Under the pieces are notes generated by a model that made no database searches, had not been told where the DNA came from, and saw only the letters and a program-made list of their open reading frames with translations. The position numbers and the translations under genes are program-made. 64,000 nucleotides of DNA from Actinomycetota bacterium (lineage in GTDB: Bacteria; Actinomycetota; Actinomycetes; JAKEEW01), in the NCBI GenBank assembly GCA_046735375.1, contig JBKPTD010000080.1, forward strand, positions 36,816 through 100,815, in the 5' to 3' direction. Numbering within the stretch: the stretch's first letter is position 1; every line of letters begins with the position of its first letter. Shown in pieces: positions 1 to 9,696 of the stretch.

Positions 1-839
1 CGACAGCGCCTGACGGCACCCCGGTCAACGCTGTGCGTGGCTTCCTCGACATGGTCGCCTACCTGGTGGCGCGCCAGCGGCCGACGGACCTGGTGGCATG
101 CATGGACGCCGACTGGCGGCCGGCCTTCCGGGTGGCTGCCGTCCCGTCCTACAAGGCGCACCGCCTCGCGCCCGACGGTCACCTCGAGATCGTCCCCGAC
201 ACTCTCGAGCCGCAGATCCCGATCATCGAGGCCGTCCTGGCCGCGCTCGGCATCGCGGCGGTCGGTGCGCCGGGCTACGAGGCTGATGACGTTCTCGGCA
301 CCTTGTCCGCGCACGCGAGCATGCCGACGGACGTCGTGACCGGCGATCGCGATCTCTTCCAGGTCGTCGACAACGCCCGCGAGGTCCGGGTGCTCTACAC
401 CGGGCGAGGCGTACGCAACCTCGAGATCGTCGATGAGGCCTTCATCGAGAAGAAGTACGGAATCCCCGGACGCGCCTATGCCGACTTCGCGACGCTGCGC
501 GGGGATCCCAGTGACGGCCTGCCCGGGGTCGCAGGGATCGGCGAGAAGAGCGCCGCGTCGCTGATCGCCGGTTACGGTTCGATCGAGAACTTGCTCGCTG
601 CGCTCGACGACCCGCAGTCGGGGCTCGCACCCGGCATGCACCGCCGCCTGGCCGACGCACGAGATTATTTGGCCGTGGCACCATCGGTCGTCCGGGTGGT
701 CACCGACATCGCGCTTCCGCAGTTCGACAGCACACGCCCGACCGAACCTGCCGATCCGGTCGCTCTGGTGGCTCTCGCTGATCGCTGGAACCTCGACAGT
801 CCGCTCAACCGCCTGCTCAACGCACTTGGTGATCGGTAA
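1..839 (+). CDS. 5'-3' exonuclease (Pol I N-terminal / FEN-like); 5' end lies off the window
   Basis: The frame is open from the window edge (..PDGTPVNAVRGFLDM..). It has acidic active-site motifs (GYEADDV, GDRDLFQ) and the H3TH motif GVAGIGEKSAASLI. Confidence 0.85.
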   Translation, partial: TAPDGTPVNAVRGFLDMVAYLVARQRPTDLVACMDADWRPAFRVAAVPSYKAHRLAPDGHLEIVPDTLEPQIPIIEAVLAALGIAAVGAPGYEADDVLGTLSAHASMPTDVVTGDRDLFQVVDNAREVRVLYTGRGVRNLEIVDEAFIEKKYGIPGRAYADFATLRGDPSDGLPGVAGIGEKSAASLIAGYGSIENLLAALDDPQSGLAPGMHRRLADARDYLAVAPSVVRVVTDIALPQFDSTRPTEPADPVALVALADRWNLDSPLNRLLNALGDR

Positions 840-893
840 CGTCCAGGTTGCAAGATCCTCCTAGGGCGACGCTGGACCAACCGAACCTGATCG

Positions 894-3668
894 TCAGCCG
901 ACCGACGAGTAGGCGACCACCCCTCGGCGGAGTGCATCGACGGCGGCCCGCGCGTTGCCGGCGATCGGCGAGGCCGCATCTGCCGCGCCGGCGGCGTCAG
1001 CGATCTGACCGAGCAGGTCGATGAGCTGCCGGACCCAGCGGACGAAATCTCCGGCAGAGAGATCACTGCCAGTGAGGACCGCGTCGAGGCTCTGACCTGA
1101 TGCCCACCGGTATGCCGCCCAGGCGAAGCCGAGATCCGGTTCGCGGAGGAAGTCCAGCCGGTGCTCCTTCTCCAGCGCGTCGAGCTCGGCCCACAGCTTC
1201 ACCATCGCGCCGAGCGCATCCCTCGCCGCGCCGCCGGGCAGTCGCGGCGGGGCGACCTCGTCTGGTTGGCGGGCCTCATAGACCAATGCGGAGACGACGG
1301 CAGCGAGTTCTGCGACAGAAAGGTCGTCCCACTGGCCAGCGCGCAGACACTCGGCGGTGAGGAGGTCGAGCTCGGTGTAGAGCCGCGCGAGCCGCCTGCC
1401 CTCGTTCGTGACGTCCCCGTCGGCGAGGTAGCCGAGAGACTCGAGCAGCGCACACACCCGGTCGAATGTACGGGCGATCGTGTTGGTACGTCCCTCCACC
1501 CGCCGCTGCAGTCCGGCGGTCTCCCTTTGCAGGCGGAAATACCGCTCCGCCCACCGGGCGTGGTCCTCCCGGTCAGGGCAGCTGTGGCAGGGGTGGCGGC
1601 GGATCTCATCGCGCAGCCGGGTGATCTCGGCGTCATCACCGGGCCCGACGCGCCGTTGCGAGCGGGCGGCCTGGCCCGGGCTCAGCCCCTTTTCTGCCGC
1701 CAGGTTCCGCAGCGAAGAGGTCAGGTCACGCCGCGACTGCGCCGATCGCGGATTGAAGCTACGCGGGATGCGCATTCGGTCCAGCGCTTCGACCGGCGCG
1801 GGGAAGTCGACCAGCGAGAGCTTGACTACCTGCCGCTCCGCGGTGAGGACCGTCGGACGCGGATCTTCCCTGCCGGCGGAGAAACCGGGATCCAGTGTCA
1901 CGGCGAGCCCAGCCCTGCGGCCTGCCGGCACTCGGATCACATCGCCGGGCCGCAGCCGCTCGAGAGACTGGATCACTGCCGCCCGCGTCGCCGTCTTACT
2001 ACGTCTGGCAAGGTCGGCCTCGCGGTCGGACAGCTCCCGCCGCAAGGCGGCATACTCCATGAAATCCCCGCGATCACAGGTCGCCGCCTCCCCGTAGCCG
2101 GCCAGCGCCTCCTCATTGCGCTGCACCTGGCGCGCGAGACCCACGACCGCACGGTCGGCCTGGAACTGGGCGAAGGAGGTCTCGAGGAGTTCGCGCGCGG
2201 TAGCTCGACCGACCTGGCCGACGAGATTCACCGCCATGTTGTACGAGGGGCGGAACGACGATCGCAGCGGGTAGGTCCGCGTCGACGCGAGGCCCGCGAC
2301 AGCGGTCGGGTCGATACCTGGCTGCCACAACATCACCGCGTGGCCCTCGACGTCGATGCCGCGCCGTCCGGCACGCCCCGTGAGCTGGGTGTACTCCCCT
2401 GGGGTCACATCTGCGTGTGTTTCGCCGTTCCACTTGACCAGCCGCTCGAGGACGACTGAACGCGCCGGCATGTTGATGCCGAGCGCCAGAGTCTCTGTAG
2501 CGAACACGGCCTTGATCAGCCCACGTACAAACAGCTCTTCGACGACCTCCTTGAAGGTGGGCAGCATGCCGGCATGGTGAGCGGCGATGCCCCGCTCCAA
2601 CGCGTCGAGCCACTCGTGGTAGCCGAGGACCTCGAGGTCCTCGTCCGGGATCACGGCGCATCGTTCCTCGACATACTCCCTGACCTCGACGCGTTCGGAC
2701 GGGGAGTTGAGACGCATCCCCGCGTACACGCACTGACTGACCGCGGCCTCGCAGCCCGCCCGGCTGAAGATAAAGGTGATCGCCGGAAGCAAGCCCTGGC
2801 TGTCCAAGATGTCGATGACATCGGGGCGGCTCGGGACGCGCCAGCGTGACACACGCGGTGGCCGACCGCGACCGCGGCTCCTGGTGTCGTACGGCCGGGT
2901 CGCACGCTGCTCCTCGCCACGGATCAAGCGGACCAGCTCGGGGTTGACCTCGCGGCTGGCGGCAGCTGTCTCTCCGGAGCCGGCGCGACGCTCCGCGAAG
3001 AGATCGAACAAACGTCGACCGACGAGCAAGTGCTGCCAAAGCGGGACCGGTCGGTGCTCCTCCACGATGACCGTCGTGTCTCCCCGGACGGTCACTAGCC
3101 AGTCGCCGAACTCCTCGGCATTCGAGACCGTCGCAGACAGCGAGACCAGCGAGACCGAATCCGGCAGGTGAATGATCACTTCCTCCCAGACGCCGCCGCG
3201 GAATCGATCCGAGAGGTAGTGGACCTCGTCCATCACGACATAGCCGAGTCCAGCCAAGGTGGGCGAGCCGGCGTACAGCATGTTGCGGAGAACCTCGGTT
3301 GTCATCACGACAACCGGTGCCTCCCCGTTGATGCTGTTGTCCCCGGTCAGCAGTCCAACACTGTCCGTTCCGTAGCGGCTGAGCAGGTCCGCATACTTCT
3401 GGTTGGAGAGAGCCTTGATGGGGGTGGTGTAGAAGCACTTCTGGCCACGGCTGAGCGCGAGATGGACCGCGAACTCCCCCACGACCGTCTTGCCTGCGCC
3501 CGTCGGAGCCGCGACGAGGACGCCCTGATCGGCTTCCAGGGCTTTGCACGCCTGCTCCTGGAACGGGTCCAGGCCAAACGCGTAGAGCTCGCGGAAGGAC
3601 ACGAGGGCGGAGCGTGACTCGGCCTGCCGGCGGCGGGCAGCCGTGTACTGCTCGGCAGGTGACGGCAT
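894..3668 (-). CDS. helY: Ski2-like DEAD/DEAH-box RNA helicase HelY
   Basis: 924-aa ORF with Walker A AAPTGAGKT, DEVH box (VMDEVHY) and a long Ski2/DSHCT-type C-terminal region. It sits next to tatC/tatA as in mycobacteria. Confidence 0.9.
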   Translation of the reverse strand: MPSPAEQYTAARRRQAESRSALVSFRELYAFGLDPFQEQACKALEADQGVLVAAPTGAGKTVVGEFAVHLALSRGQKCFYTTPIKALSNQKYADLLSRYGTDSVGLLTGDNSINGEAPVVVMTTEVLRNMLYAGSPTLAGLGYVVMDEVHYLSDRFRGGVWEEVIIHLPDSVSLVSLSATVSNAEEFGDWLVTVRGDTTVIVEEHRPVPLWQHLLVGRRLFDLFAERRAGSGETAAASREVNPELVRLIRGEEQRATRPYDTRSRGRGRPPRVSRWRVPSRPDVIDILDSQGLLPAITFIFSRAGCEAAVSQCVYAGMRLNSPSERVEVREYVEERCAVIPDEDLEVLGYHEWLDALERGIAAHHAGMLPTFKEVVEELFVRGLIKAVFATETLALGINMPARSVVLERLVKWNGETHADVTPGEYTQLTGRAGRRGIDVEGHAVMLWQPGIDPTAVAGLASTRTYPLRSSFRPSYNMAVNLVGQVGRATARELLETSFAQFQADRAVVGLARQVQRNEEALAGYGEAATCDRGDFMEYAALRRELSDREADLARRSKTATRAAVIQSLERLRPGDVIRVPAGRRAGLAVTLDPGFSAGREDPRPTVLTAERQVVKLSLVDFPAPVEALDRMRIPRSFNPRSAQSRRDLTSSLRNLAAEKGLSPGQAARSQRRVGPGDDAEITRLRDEIRRHPCHSCPDREDHARWAERYFRLQRETAGLQRRVEGRTNTIARTFDRVCALLESLGYLADGDVTNEGRRLARLYTELDLLTAECLRAGQWDDLSVAELAAVVSALVYEARQPDEVAPPRLPGGAARDALGAMVKLWAELDALEKEHRLDFLREPDLGFAWAAYRWASGQSLDAVLTGSDLSAGDFVRWVRQLIDLLGQIADAAGAADAASPIAGNARAAVDALRRGVVAYSSVG

Positions 3669-3748
3669 ACGGCCAGGCTAGCCGCAGACTTCCGCGGCCC
3701 GCTCGCTGCGGCGATCGTCGGTGAAGGGCGAGTGTCCTGTGTCGGACA

Positions 3749-4639
3749 CTAGGGCGCGAGGACCGACACAGCCCCCTGCACCGCCTCACATGTTGCCGGC
3801 AGCGGGCCGACCCGCTCCCCGTCGCCGTAGGCGATCACGCCGGACGAGTCGATCAGCACCTTCCTGGCCCTGCGAACCTCGACCTGTGGATGCTTGACGT
3901 GCTCGCCGGTATAGACCTTCGGGAAGATCCGGATCAGGGTCAGTTTGGAGACCGGGTGGACGATCGTCAGGTCAAGCTCCCCGTCCGTCAGAGACGCCGC
4001 AGGACACATCTTGAGCCCGCGGCCGTACCACGGCCCGTTGCCGATCGCGATCAGCATGGCATCGAGAGCCTGCTGGTCCCCGTCGGTGCCCATGGTGTAC
4101 GAGAGCGGGCGGAAGGACGCCAGCTCGGCGAAGACTGCGGTGTTGTACCGGAGTTGGCCAGGCAGCCGCCGGAGCCGGTCGGACCGCATATTGACCCGGG
4201 CATCGAAGCCGACCGCGAGGATTGTTCCCACCCACGTGACCTTGTTGTCCGCGGTTGTCACCCGCAGGGCATCTACCGGTCGCACGGTACCGTTTGCGAT
4301 CGCGTCGATCGCCTGCGCGGGATCGGTGAACGGCACGCCCACCGCGCGCGCGATGTCGTTGCCGCTGCCTGCCGGCACGATGCCGAGTGTCGTGCCGGAA
4401 CCCACGACGGCCTGCAATGCAAGGTGGACCAGACCGTCGCCGCCTGCGGCGACAAGGACGTCTGCACCATCTGCGACCGCCTCTCGGGCGAGCTGTGCCG
4501 ACTCCTCGGCACTCGTACCAGCAATCGTCCGAACCTCGTCCCCGACGGCCGCCAGGGCAGTCGCCAACTCGCCCGCCAGCGCTGGAGCGCGACCTCGTCC
4601 TGAGGCGGGATTGACGAGTAAGGCGATATCGCGAGACAC
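3749..4639 (-). CDS. Diacylglycerol/lipid kinase family protein (YegS/BmrU-like)
   Basis: LLVNPASGRG and GGDGLV motifs. I chose the GTG at 4639 because a GGAG lies 7 nt upstream and this start removes the overlap with tatC. The ORF track begins at 4801. Confidence 0.8.
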   Translation of the reverse strand: MSRDIALLVNPASGRGRAPALAGELATALAAVGDEVRTIAGTSAEESAQLAREAVADGADVLVAAGGDGLVHLALQAVVGSGTTLGIVPAGSGNDIARAVGVPFTDPAQAIDAIANGTVRPVDALRVTTADNKVTWVGTILAVGFDARVNMRSDRLRRLPGQLRYNTAVFAELASFRPLSYTMGTDGDQQALDAMLIAIGNGPWYGRGLKMCPAASLTDGELDLTIVHPVSKLTLIRIFPKVYTGEHVKHPQVEVRRARKVLIDSSGVIAYGDGERVGPLPATCEAVQGAVSVLAP

Positions 4640-4694
4640 AACGGGCTCCGGTTCACCAACGGCGACGCTTGACCGCACCGTAGCCGAGTATCGG

Positions 4695-5588
4695 CTAGAC
4701 GTCCGGGTCGATCGGAGACGCGCCGTCGACCGGTTCGGTCCGCGTGTCGAGTGGCGACGCCTCGTCGTCTGACCAGTCCTCAGGGAAGCCGGCTCTGGCA
4801 CGGCGGCGATCGATGATCATCGCGAAACCGACGGAACCGAAGTAGAGAAGAACCATGGGCGCGGCGAGCGTCGTCATCGTGAGCGGGTCGCCGGTCGGAG
4901 TGGCGATCGCCGCGAAGACGAAGATGATGAAGACCGCTACCCGCCACCACGAGCGCAGCCGGGGAGCGTCCACCAGGCCCGCGACGCTGAGGACGGCAAG
5001 GAGCAGGGGGAGCTCGAAGGCTATCCCAAAGACCACGATCATCCGCAGCACGAAGTCGAGGTATTCGGTCAGGAAGACGTTGTTTGCTACATCGGCAGGG
5101 GTGAAAGACAGCAGGATCCCGACCGCCTTCGGCATGATCCAATAGACCGCTGCTGCGCCGGCGAGGAACAGCGGGACGCCCGCTGCCACAAACGCGATGC
5201 TCCACCGCTTCTCGCGCCGATGCAGGCCGGGCGCAACGAACGCCCAAAGCTGGTAGAGCCAGACCGGGCTGGCGATGATCAGCCCGGCGATCAGCGAAAC
5301 CTTGAGCTGTAGCGAGAACGGGTTGAGCAGGCCGCTGACCGTGAGGACGCCGCACGGGCCGGAATGGATCGGGGTGATGTTCGCCTTGATGTCGCAGGCG
5401 GGTGCCTTGAGGAAGTCGAAGATCTGATCGTAGAAGATGAAACCGATGACGGTGCCGACGGTGATCGCGATCACCGACTTAACAAGCCGGTTGCGCAGCT
5501 CACGGAGGTGTTCGATCAGGGGCATCCGCCCCTCGTCGTCCGCGCGCTCGGCGGAGGCACCGCGGCGCGTGGGGATGATGCCGCTCAT
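4695..5588 (-). CDS. tatC: Twin-arginine translocase subunit TatC
   Basis: MPLIEHLRELRNRL signature, a six-TM profile, and a position adjacent to tatA. Confidence 0.93.
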   Translation of the reverse strand: MSGIIPTRRGASAERADDEGRMPLIEHLRELRNRLVKSVIAITVGTVIGFIFYDQIFDFLKAPACDIKANITPIHSGPCGVLTVSGLLNPFSLQLKVSLIAGLIIASPVWLYQLWAFVAPGLHRREKRWSIAFVAAGVPLFLAGAAAVYWIMPKAVGILLSFTPADVANNVFLTEYLDFVLRMIVVFGIAFELPLLLAVLSVAGLVDAPRLRSWWRVAVFIIFVFAAIATPTGDPLTMTTLAAPMVLLYFGSVGFAMIIDRRRARAGFPEDWSDDEASPLDTRTEPVDGASPIDPDV

Positions 5589-5628
5589 CGGCGTCGGTGG
5601 GCTGTCGCTATCTCAGACGATGCGGCGC

Positions 5629-5892
5629 TCAGCGCTCGGTGCGCTCAGTCTCTGAGGCGGGTCGAACCTGGGTGGCATCCGGTGCCTGCGCGTCGATCTG
5701 CCGCGGCTCCTGAACGACGGTCCCGGTACGCGGTGGCTCGTCATCGTCGCGCAGCGCCTTGGTCTCGGACTTGAAGATCCGCATGGACCGGCCGAGGGAA
5801 CGAGCAGCATCCGGCATCCGCTTGGCCCCGAACAGGAGCATGACTACGACCAGGATGAGGATGATCTCGCCGGTGCCGAAGTTTCGAAACAT
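5629..5892 (-). CDS. tatA: Twin-arginine translocase subunit TatA/E
   Basis: N-terminal TM plus hinge ([27 protein letters not shown]), typical of TatA. Confidence 0.93.
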   Translation of the reverse strand: MFRNFGTGEIILILVVVMLLFGAKRMPDAARSLGRSMRIFKSETKALRDDDEPPRTGTVVQEPRQIDAQAPDATQVRPASETERTER

Positions 5893-6036
5893 CAGGACCT
5901 CTTAGAGGGCGTGTGCGCGGGTGCGCCTCGAGGACCGGGCGAAATTGCCTGGACCTCCTGGATGGTACGTCCGTGTCGTCACCATCCTCCACCCGCGGGG
6001 GGCGCGTTGACGAGTGCGGGATCGCCCGCGGATGGG

Positions 6037-6222
6037 TCAGCGCCTCGAGTCGGCGTCACCTCTAGCCCGCTCGATGTCCGCGAGTGCCTCTTCGATCCTG
6101 GTCCCCGATGCCGCCAGGACGTTGGCCAGGCCCTTCGCCTGCTTGGCGATCCGCACCGCTGGGACCGCCACGACCGCCACGGTGGCGACTGCGAGCCCGC
6201 CGTACACGATCGCCCAGATCAT
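6037..6222 (-). CDS. Small hypothetical membrane protein (about 61 aa)
   Basis: One hydrophobic helix (MIWAIVYGGLAVATVAVVAVPAV) followed by a charged tail. Third-position GC is high in this frame. No family was recognised. Confidence 0.45.
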   Translation of the reverse strand: MIWAIVYGGLAVATVAVVAVPAVRIAKQAKGLANVLAASGTRIEEALADIERARGDADSRR

Positions 6223-6275
6223 GTGCCTGAGGGTATCCGACGAGTCGCTCGCGCTGCGTTGACGAGGCACGACCG

Positions 6276-7235
6276 TTAGGCCGCGTCGTACGCTGCGAGT
6301 GCGGCCACGGCCTTGTTACGGACGCGTTCGGCGAGGTCAGCAGGTTCGACGACCTGTCCGGAGCCGCCGAGGCGGAGCAGCAGCCGCTCGACCCAGCGCG
6401 TATCCGCGGTCCGCAGCGTAATCCGGAGTGCCTCATCCTCGAGCTCTTCGATGCTCTCGCAGGGGTAATACTCCGCCACCCAGTGACCAGCAGGGCGCAG
6501 GTCGACCGTCACCAAGAGATCATCCGGCGACGGCTGGAAGACGCCCTCGTCGAAGTCGCGGGGGCGCGCGTCCTCCGGGACTGCCGCGGGGATATCGAGC
6601 AACGTGGCGTCGACAACTCGATCGAGCCGGAACAGGCGCACGCCCTCGGCCCGACGGCACCAGGCCTCGAGGTAGGGCCGGCCGTCGACCACTACAACGC
6701 GCATCGGGTCGACATCGCGCTCGGTCGTCTCGTCCCTGGCCGGTACGTGATAGCGCAGGTGCAACCTGCGTCCGAGCGCAAGCGCCTGGTGCCATAGGGC
6801 GAGGATCGCCCCGCGACCATGGCCGTCGACCTCGACCGCGACCTGGCCACCCGGAGCGGCGGCGTCGCCCGCCGCGCGCTCGAGCTTCGCGATCGCTCGC
6901 TCGAGCGCATCCCGGTCGTGCAGCCCGGGGAGCTCCGCGAGGGTACGCAGTCCGACGAGCAGCGCGACCGCCTCGTCAACGCCCAGCCGCAGCGGGCGGG
7001 CGATGGCATCGGCGTTCGAGACGTAGACGTGACCGCTCTCCCAGTCGGCCTCGATGAGGTCGTCAGGAAGATGCCCTGGCAGGCCACAGACAAAGAGCAG
7101 CTCGAGATCCTTGACGAGCTGACGTTCGCTGATTCCAAACTCGCGGGCCGCGTCGCCGATGGGAACGCCCTGACGGGCAAGGAGATATGGCACCAAGGCG
7201 AGGAGTCGGGACAGGCGGGCGGTGGCACCGGTCAC
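6276..7235 (-). CDS. pafC: HTH-WYL transcriptional regulator PafC
   Basis: N-terminal wHTH (LSRLLALVPYLLARQGVPIGDAAREFGISERQL) and a WYL-type C-terminal half. There is a 4-nt overlap with the upstream paralogue pafB. Confidence 0.85.
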   Translation of the reverse strand: MTGATARLSRLLALVPYLLARQGVPIGDAAREFGISERQLVKDLELLFVCGLPGHLPDDLIEADWESGHVYVSNADAIARPLRLGVDEAVALLVGLRTLAELPGLHDRDALERAIAKLERAAGDAAAPGGQVAVEVDGHGRGAILALWHQALALGRRLHLRYHVPARDETTERDVDPMRVVVVDGRPYLEAWCRRAEGVRLFRLDRVVDATLLDIPAAVPEDARPRDFDEGVFQPSPDDLLVTVDLRPAGHWVAEYYPCESIEELEDEALRITLRTADTRWVERLLLRLGGSGQVVEPADLAERVRNKAVAALAAYDAA

Positions 7236-8359
7236 CAGACCGTCACCTCCGCTGTCGATTCGGCATCCCCGGCCGAACCGGTTGCCATCGCGCGGTGACT
7301 TCCGTGCGAGTGATGTGACCTCTGAGGGTTGATCGACAGACCAGGCTCTTCGTCGTCGGCGTCCGCTGCGTCACCGGGCCCATTATGGGCGGCGACGACG
7401 TCTCGCAGCCGGCGGACGACAGCGTGGCGAACGGAGATCGGCTCGACCACAACGACCCGGTCGCCATATTGCGCGAGTTCCTCGGCAAAGGACTCTTCAT
7501 CCCAGAACCGCACAGTGAGCACGTCCCAGTCGTCCTCCGGTCCGGTCTTCCCTGCGGGTTCCACCGTGAGGGCGCGCCGTCGCAGGCCGTGGCCTGCCCC
7601 GCTGCGGACCAAAACCGTGGCGATGCCCTGCGGCGCTTCTGGCTCGAAGGTCATGACCTGTTTACGGATGTCGGTGCCGTCAGGCACCTCGACGGTTCCT
7701 GGCTCGCCGTCGCGGCGAACGGCGCCCACGATCCGGCTTAGCCTGAACACCCGGGTAGCGTCCCGATCCCGGTCGTGCCCGACGAGATACCAGCGGCCGT
7801 GCCTGGACACGATCCCCCACGGCTCGACATGCCGATCGGTCGCGTGATCGGCGCCACTGCGCCGATAGGGGAATGCGACGGGCTGTCGGACGCACAACGC
7901 CTGCCACAGCGGCTGGAAGGCAGGCTCAGCGGCTCGCACCTGCGGCTCGATGCCGACGAGCGAGGACTCATCCGGCTCCACGCCGCTCGCCTTCAGCTTG
8001 AGCAGCGCGTAGGAAGCGGCGTGCGCGACGCTCGCCTGCTGCCAGACGCGGGCCGCAAGACCGAGCACGGCCATCTCATCCGGGGCGAAGCTGACCTCAG
8101 GCAGCGCGTAGCGGTTGCGGTCGATCCGATAGCCGAAGTCGTCGTCGGGCCAGGGCTGCAGGCTTCCGGTCTCCAGCGGTACGCCCATCTCGCGGAGCTC
8201 GTCCTTGTCGCGCTCGAACATACGCTCGAAGGCCTCGTCGCTCTCGCAGTCCGCATATTGCGGCACTGAGCGTCTGATCTGCGCCTTTGTCAGGTAGCGG
8301 CTGGTCGCCAGCAGGCAGATGACGAGGTTGAGGAGCCGCTCTGTTTTGCGCGCCGACAT
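7232..8359 (-). CDS. pafB: HTH-WYL transcriptional regulator PafB
   Basis: wHTH (ERLLNLVICLLATSRYLTKAQIRRSV) plus a WYL domain (GRWYLVGHDRD). It is paired with pafC. Confidence 0.85.
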   Translation of the reverse strand: MSARKTERLLNLVICLLATSRYLTKAQIRRSVPQYADCESDEAFERMFERDKDELREMGVPLETGSLQPWPDDDFGYRIDRNRYALPEVSFAPDEMAVLGLAARVWQQASVAHAASYALLKLKASGVEPDESSLVGIEPQVRAAEPAFQPLWQALCVRQPVAFPYRRSGADHATDRHVEPWGIVSRHGRWYLVGHDRDRDATRVFRLSRIVGAVRRDGEPGTVEVPDGTDIRKQVMTFEPEAPQGIATVLVRSGAGHGLRRRALTVEPAGKTGPEDDWDVLTVRFWDEESFAEELAQYGDRVVVVEPISVRHAVVRRLRDVVAAHNGPGDAADADDEEPGLSINPQRSHHSHGSHRAMATGSAGDAESTAEVTVW

Positions 8360-8530
8360 GCCACCGTCACCACCTTCCCCGCGGTGTCCATCCCGGCCGA
8401 CCGTACCGCATCACCGGGTTCGCTGCCCGGCGCTGTTGGCTTCAACAGCCGAGCCGGACGAGGGCTTCCCGGCAAGATCGTCAGCGCCGACTCGAGCAGC
8501 GCCGAGCAACACCCGCGGTAGCCTCCTGCG

Positions 8531-9682
8531 GTGATCCGTTGGCGGCGCGGCCGGGTGGTCGCACTCGGCCGGGAGTGGACTGGCGCGCTCGAGGTACAGG
8601 TGGCGATCGACGAGCCGGCGCCCGGTGATCCAACGGAGGCTGCCACCCGTGCAGCCGGCAGCGAAGACGGCCTCACCGTTCGAGCGCTTGCTTACCCCGA
8701 ACTGGTCGGGCGACCGCGGCCGGGCGACATGGTCCTGCTGAACACCACCGCGCTCGCAATGGGACTCGGCACGGGCGGCTACGCCATGATCGTGGCTATT
8801 CCTGACCGATTGCCGCCCGATCCCACGGGCCCTGGGCATCTCGTCAAGGACCGCTATGCGCCAATGCAGGTGACCGTGGCCGGCGCCGATGAGCAAGGCT
8901 CCGCGCATCACGATCTGCTCAGCGACGCGGATTCCATCGACGGTATGCCCGTTGTCATCGCAGATCTGCACTCGGCCTTGCCGGCGATCACCACCACTGT
9001 GCTGGCATGCCGCGCCGAGACCCGAATCGCGTACGTCATGACCGACGGCGGCGCGCTTCCGCTCTGGTTCTCGCGGACCGTGGCCGCGCTGGCCGCGCAC
9101 AACCACCTCGCAGGAACGGTCACGGTCGGCCAGGCGTACGGCGGTGATCTGGAGGCGGTGACGCTGCACACCGGGTTGCTGGCGGCTAGGCATGCGCTCG
9201 ATGCGGATCTCGCGGTCGTGACCCAGGGGCCAGGAAATCTCGGCACCGGAACACGGTGGGGATTCTCCGGGGTCCAATCGGGTGAGGCGGTCAACGCGGC
9301 CGCGGTGCTCGGCGGCCGACCGGTGGCCTCGCTGCGGATCTCGGAAGCCGACCCGAGAGACCGGCACCGTGGTGTCTCCCATCACAGCCTCACCGCCTAC
9401 GGACGGGTCGCCTTGGCGTCGGCTGACCTGGTCGTGCCGCAGCTGCCCGGCGAATTCGGTGGAGGGGTACGGCGGGCGGCGGAGACGCTGGCCGGCCGCC
9501 ACCGCCTGGTCGTCGAGCCGACCGAGGAGCTGCTCGGTATACTCAGCCAGTCGCCGGTGCGCCTGTCCACGATGGGCCGCGGCCTCGAAGAGGACACCGC
9601 CTATTTCCTCGGTGTGGCTGCAGCGGCCCGCCACGCGACCCGCCTGCTCACGACTCGAACGAGCCAGCCGACGAATGGGTGA
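8531..9682 (+). CDS. Conserved hypothetical protein (resembles the actinobacterial DUF3866 family, from memory)
   Basis: 383-aa ORF with coding-type GC3 and no catalytic motif recognised. It is divergent from pafB. Confidence 0.6.
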   Translation: MIRWRRGRVVALGREWTGALEVQVAIDEPAPGDPTEAATRAAGSEDGLTVRALAYPELVGRPRPGDMVLLNTTALAMGLGTGGYAMIVAIPDRLPPDPTGPGHLVKDRYAPMQVTVAGADEQGSAHHDLLSDADSIDGMPVVIADLHSALPAITTTVLACRAETRIAYVMTDGGALPLWFSRTVAALAAHNHLAGTVTVGQAYGGDLEAVTLHTGLLAARHALDADLAVVTQGPGNLGTGTRWGFSGVQSGEAVNAAAVLGGRPVASLRISEADPRDRHRGVSHHSLTAYGRVALASADLVVPQLPGEFGGGVRRAAETLAGRHRLVVEPTEELLGILSQSPVRLSTMGRGLEEDTAYFLGVAAAARHATRLLTTRTSQPTNG

Positions 9683-9696
9683 GGCACCGGGAGAGA

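Noticed and set aside
8432-8449. GCTGTTG-gctt-CAACAGC hairpin in the pafB / DUF3866-like divergent region, considered as a PafBC-type operator
   Set aside because: A 7-bp stem is within chance expectation. It does not resemble the RecA-NDp promoter motif associated with PafBC as I recall it.
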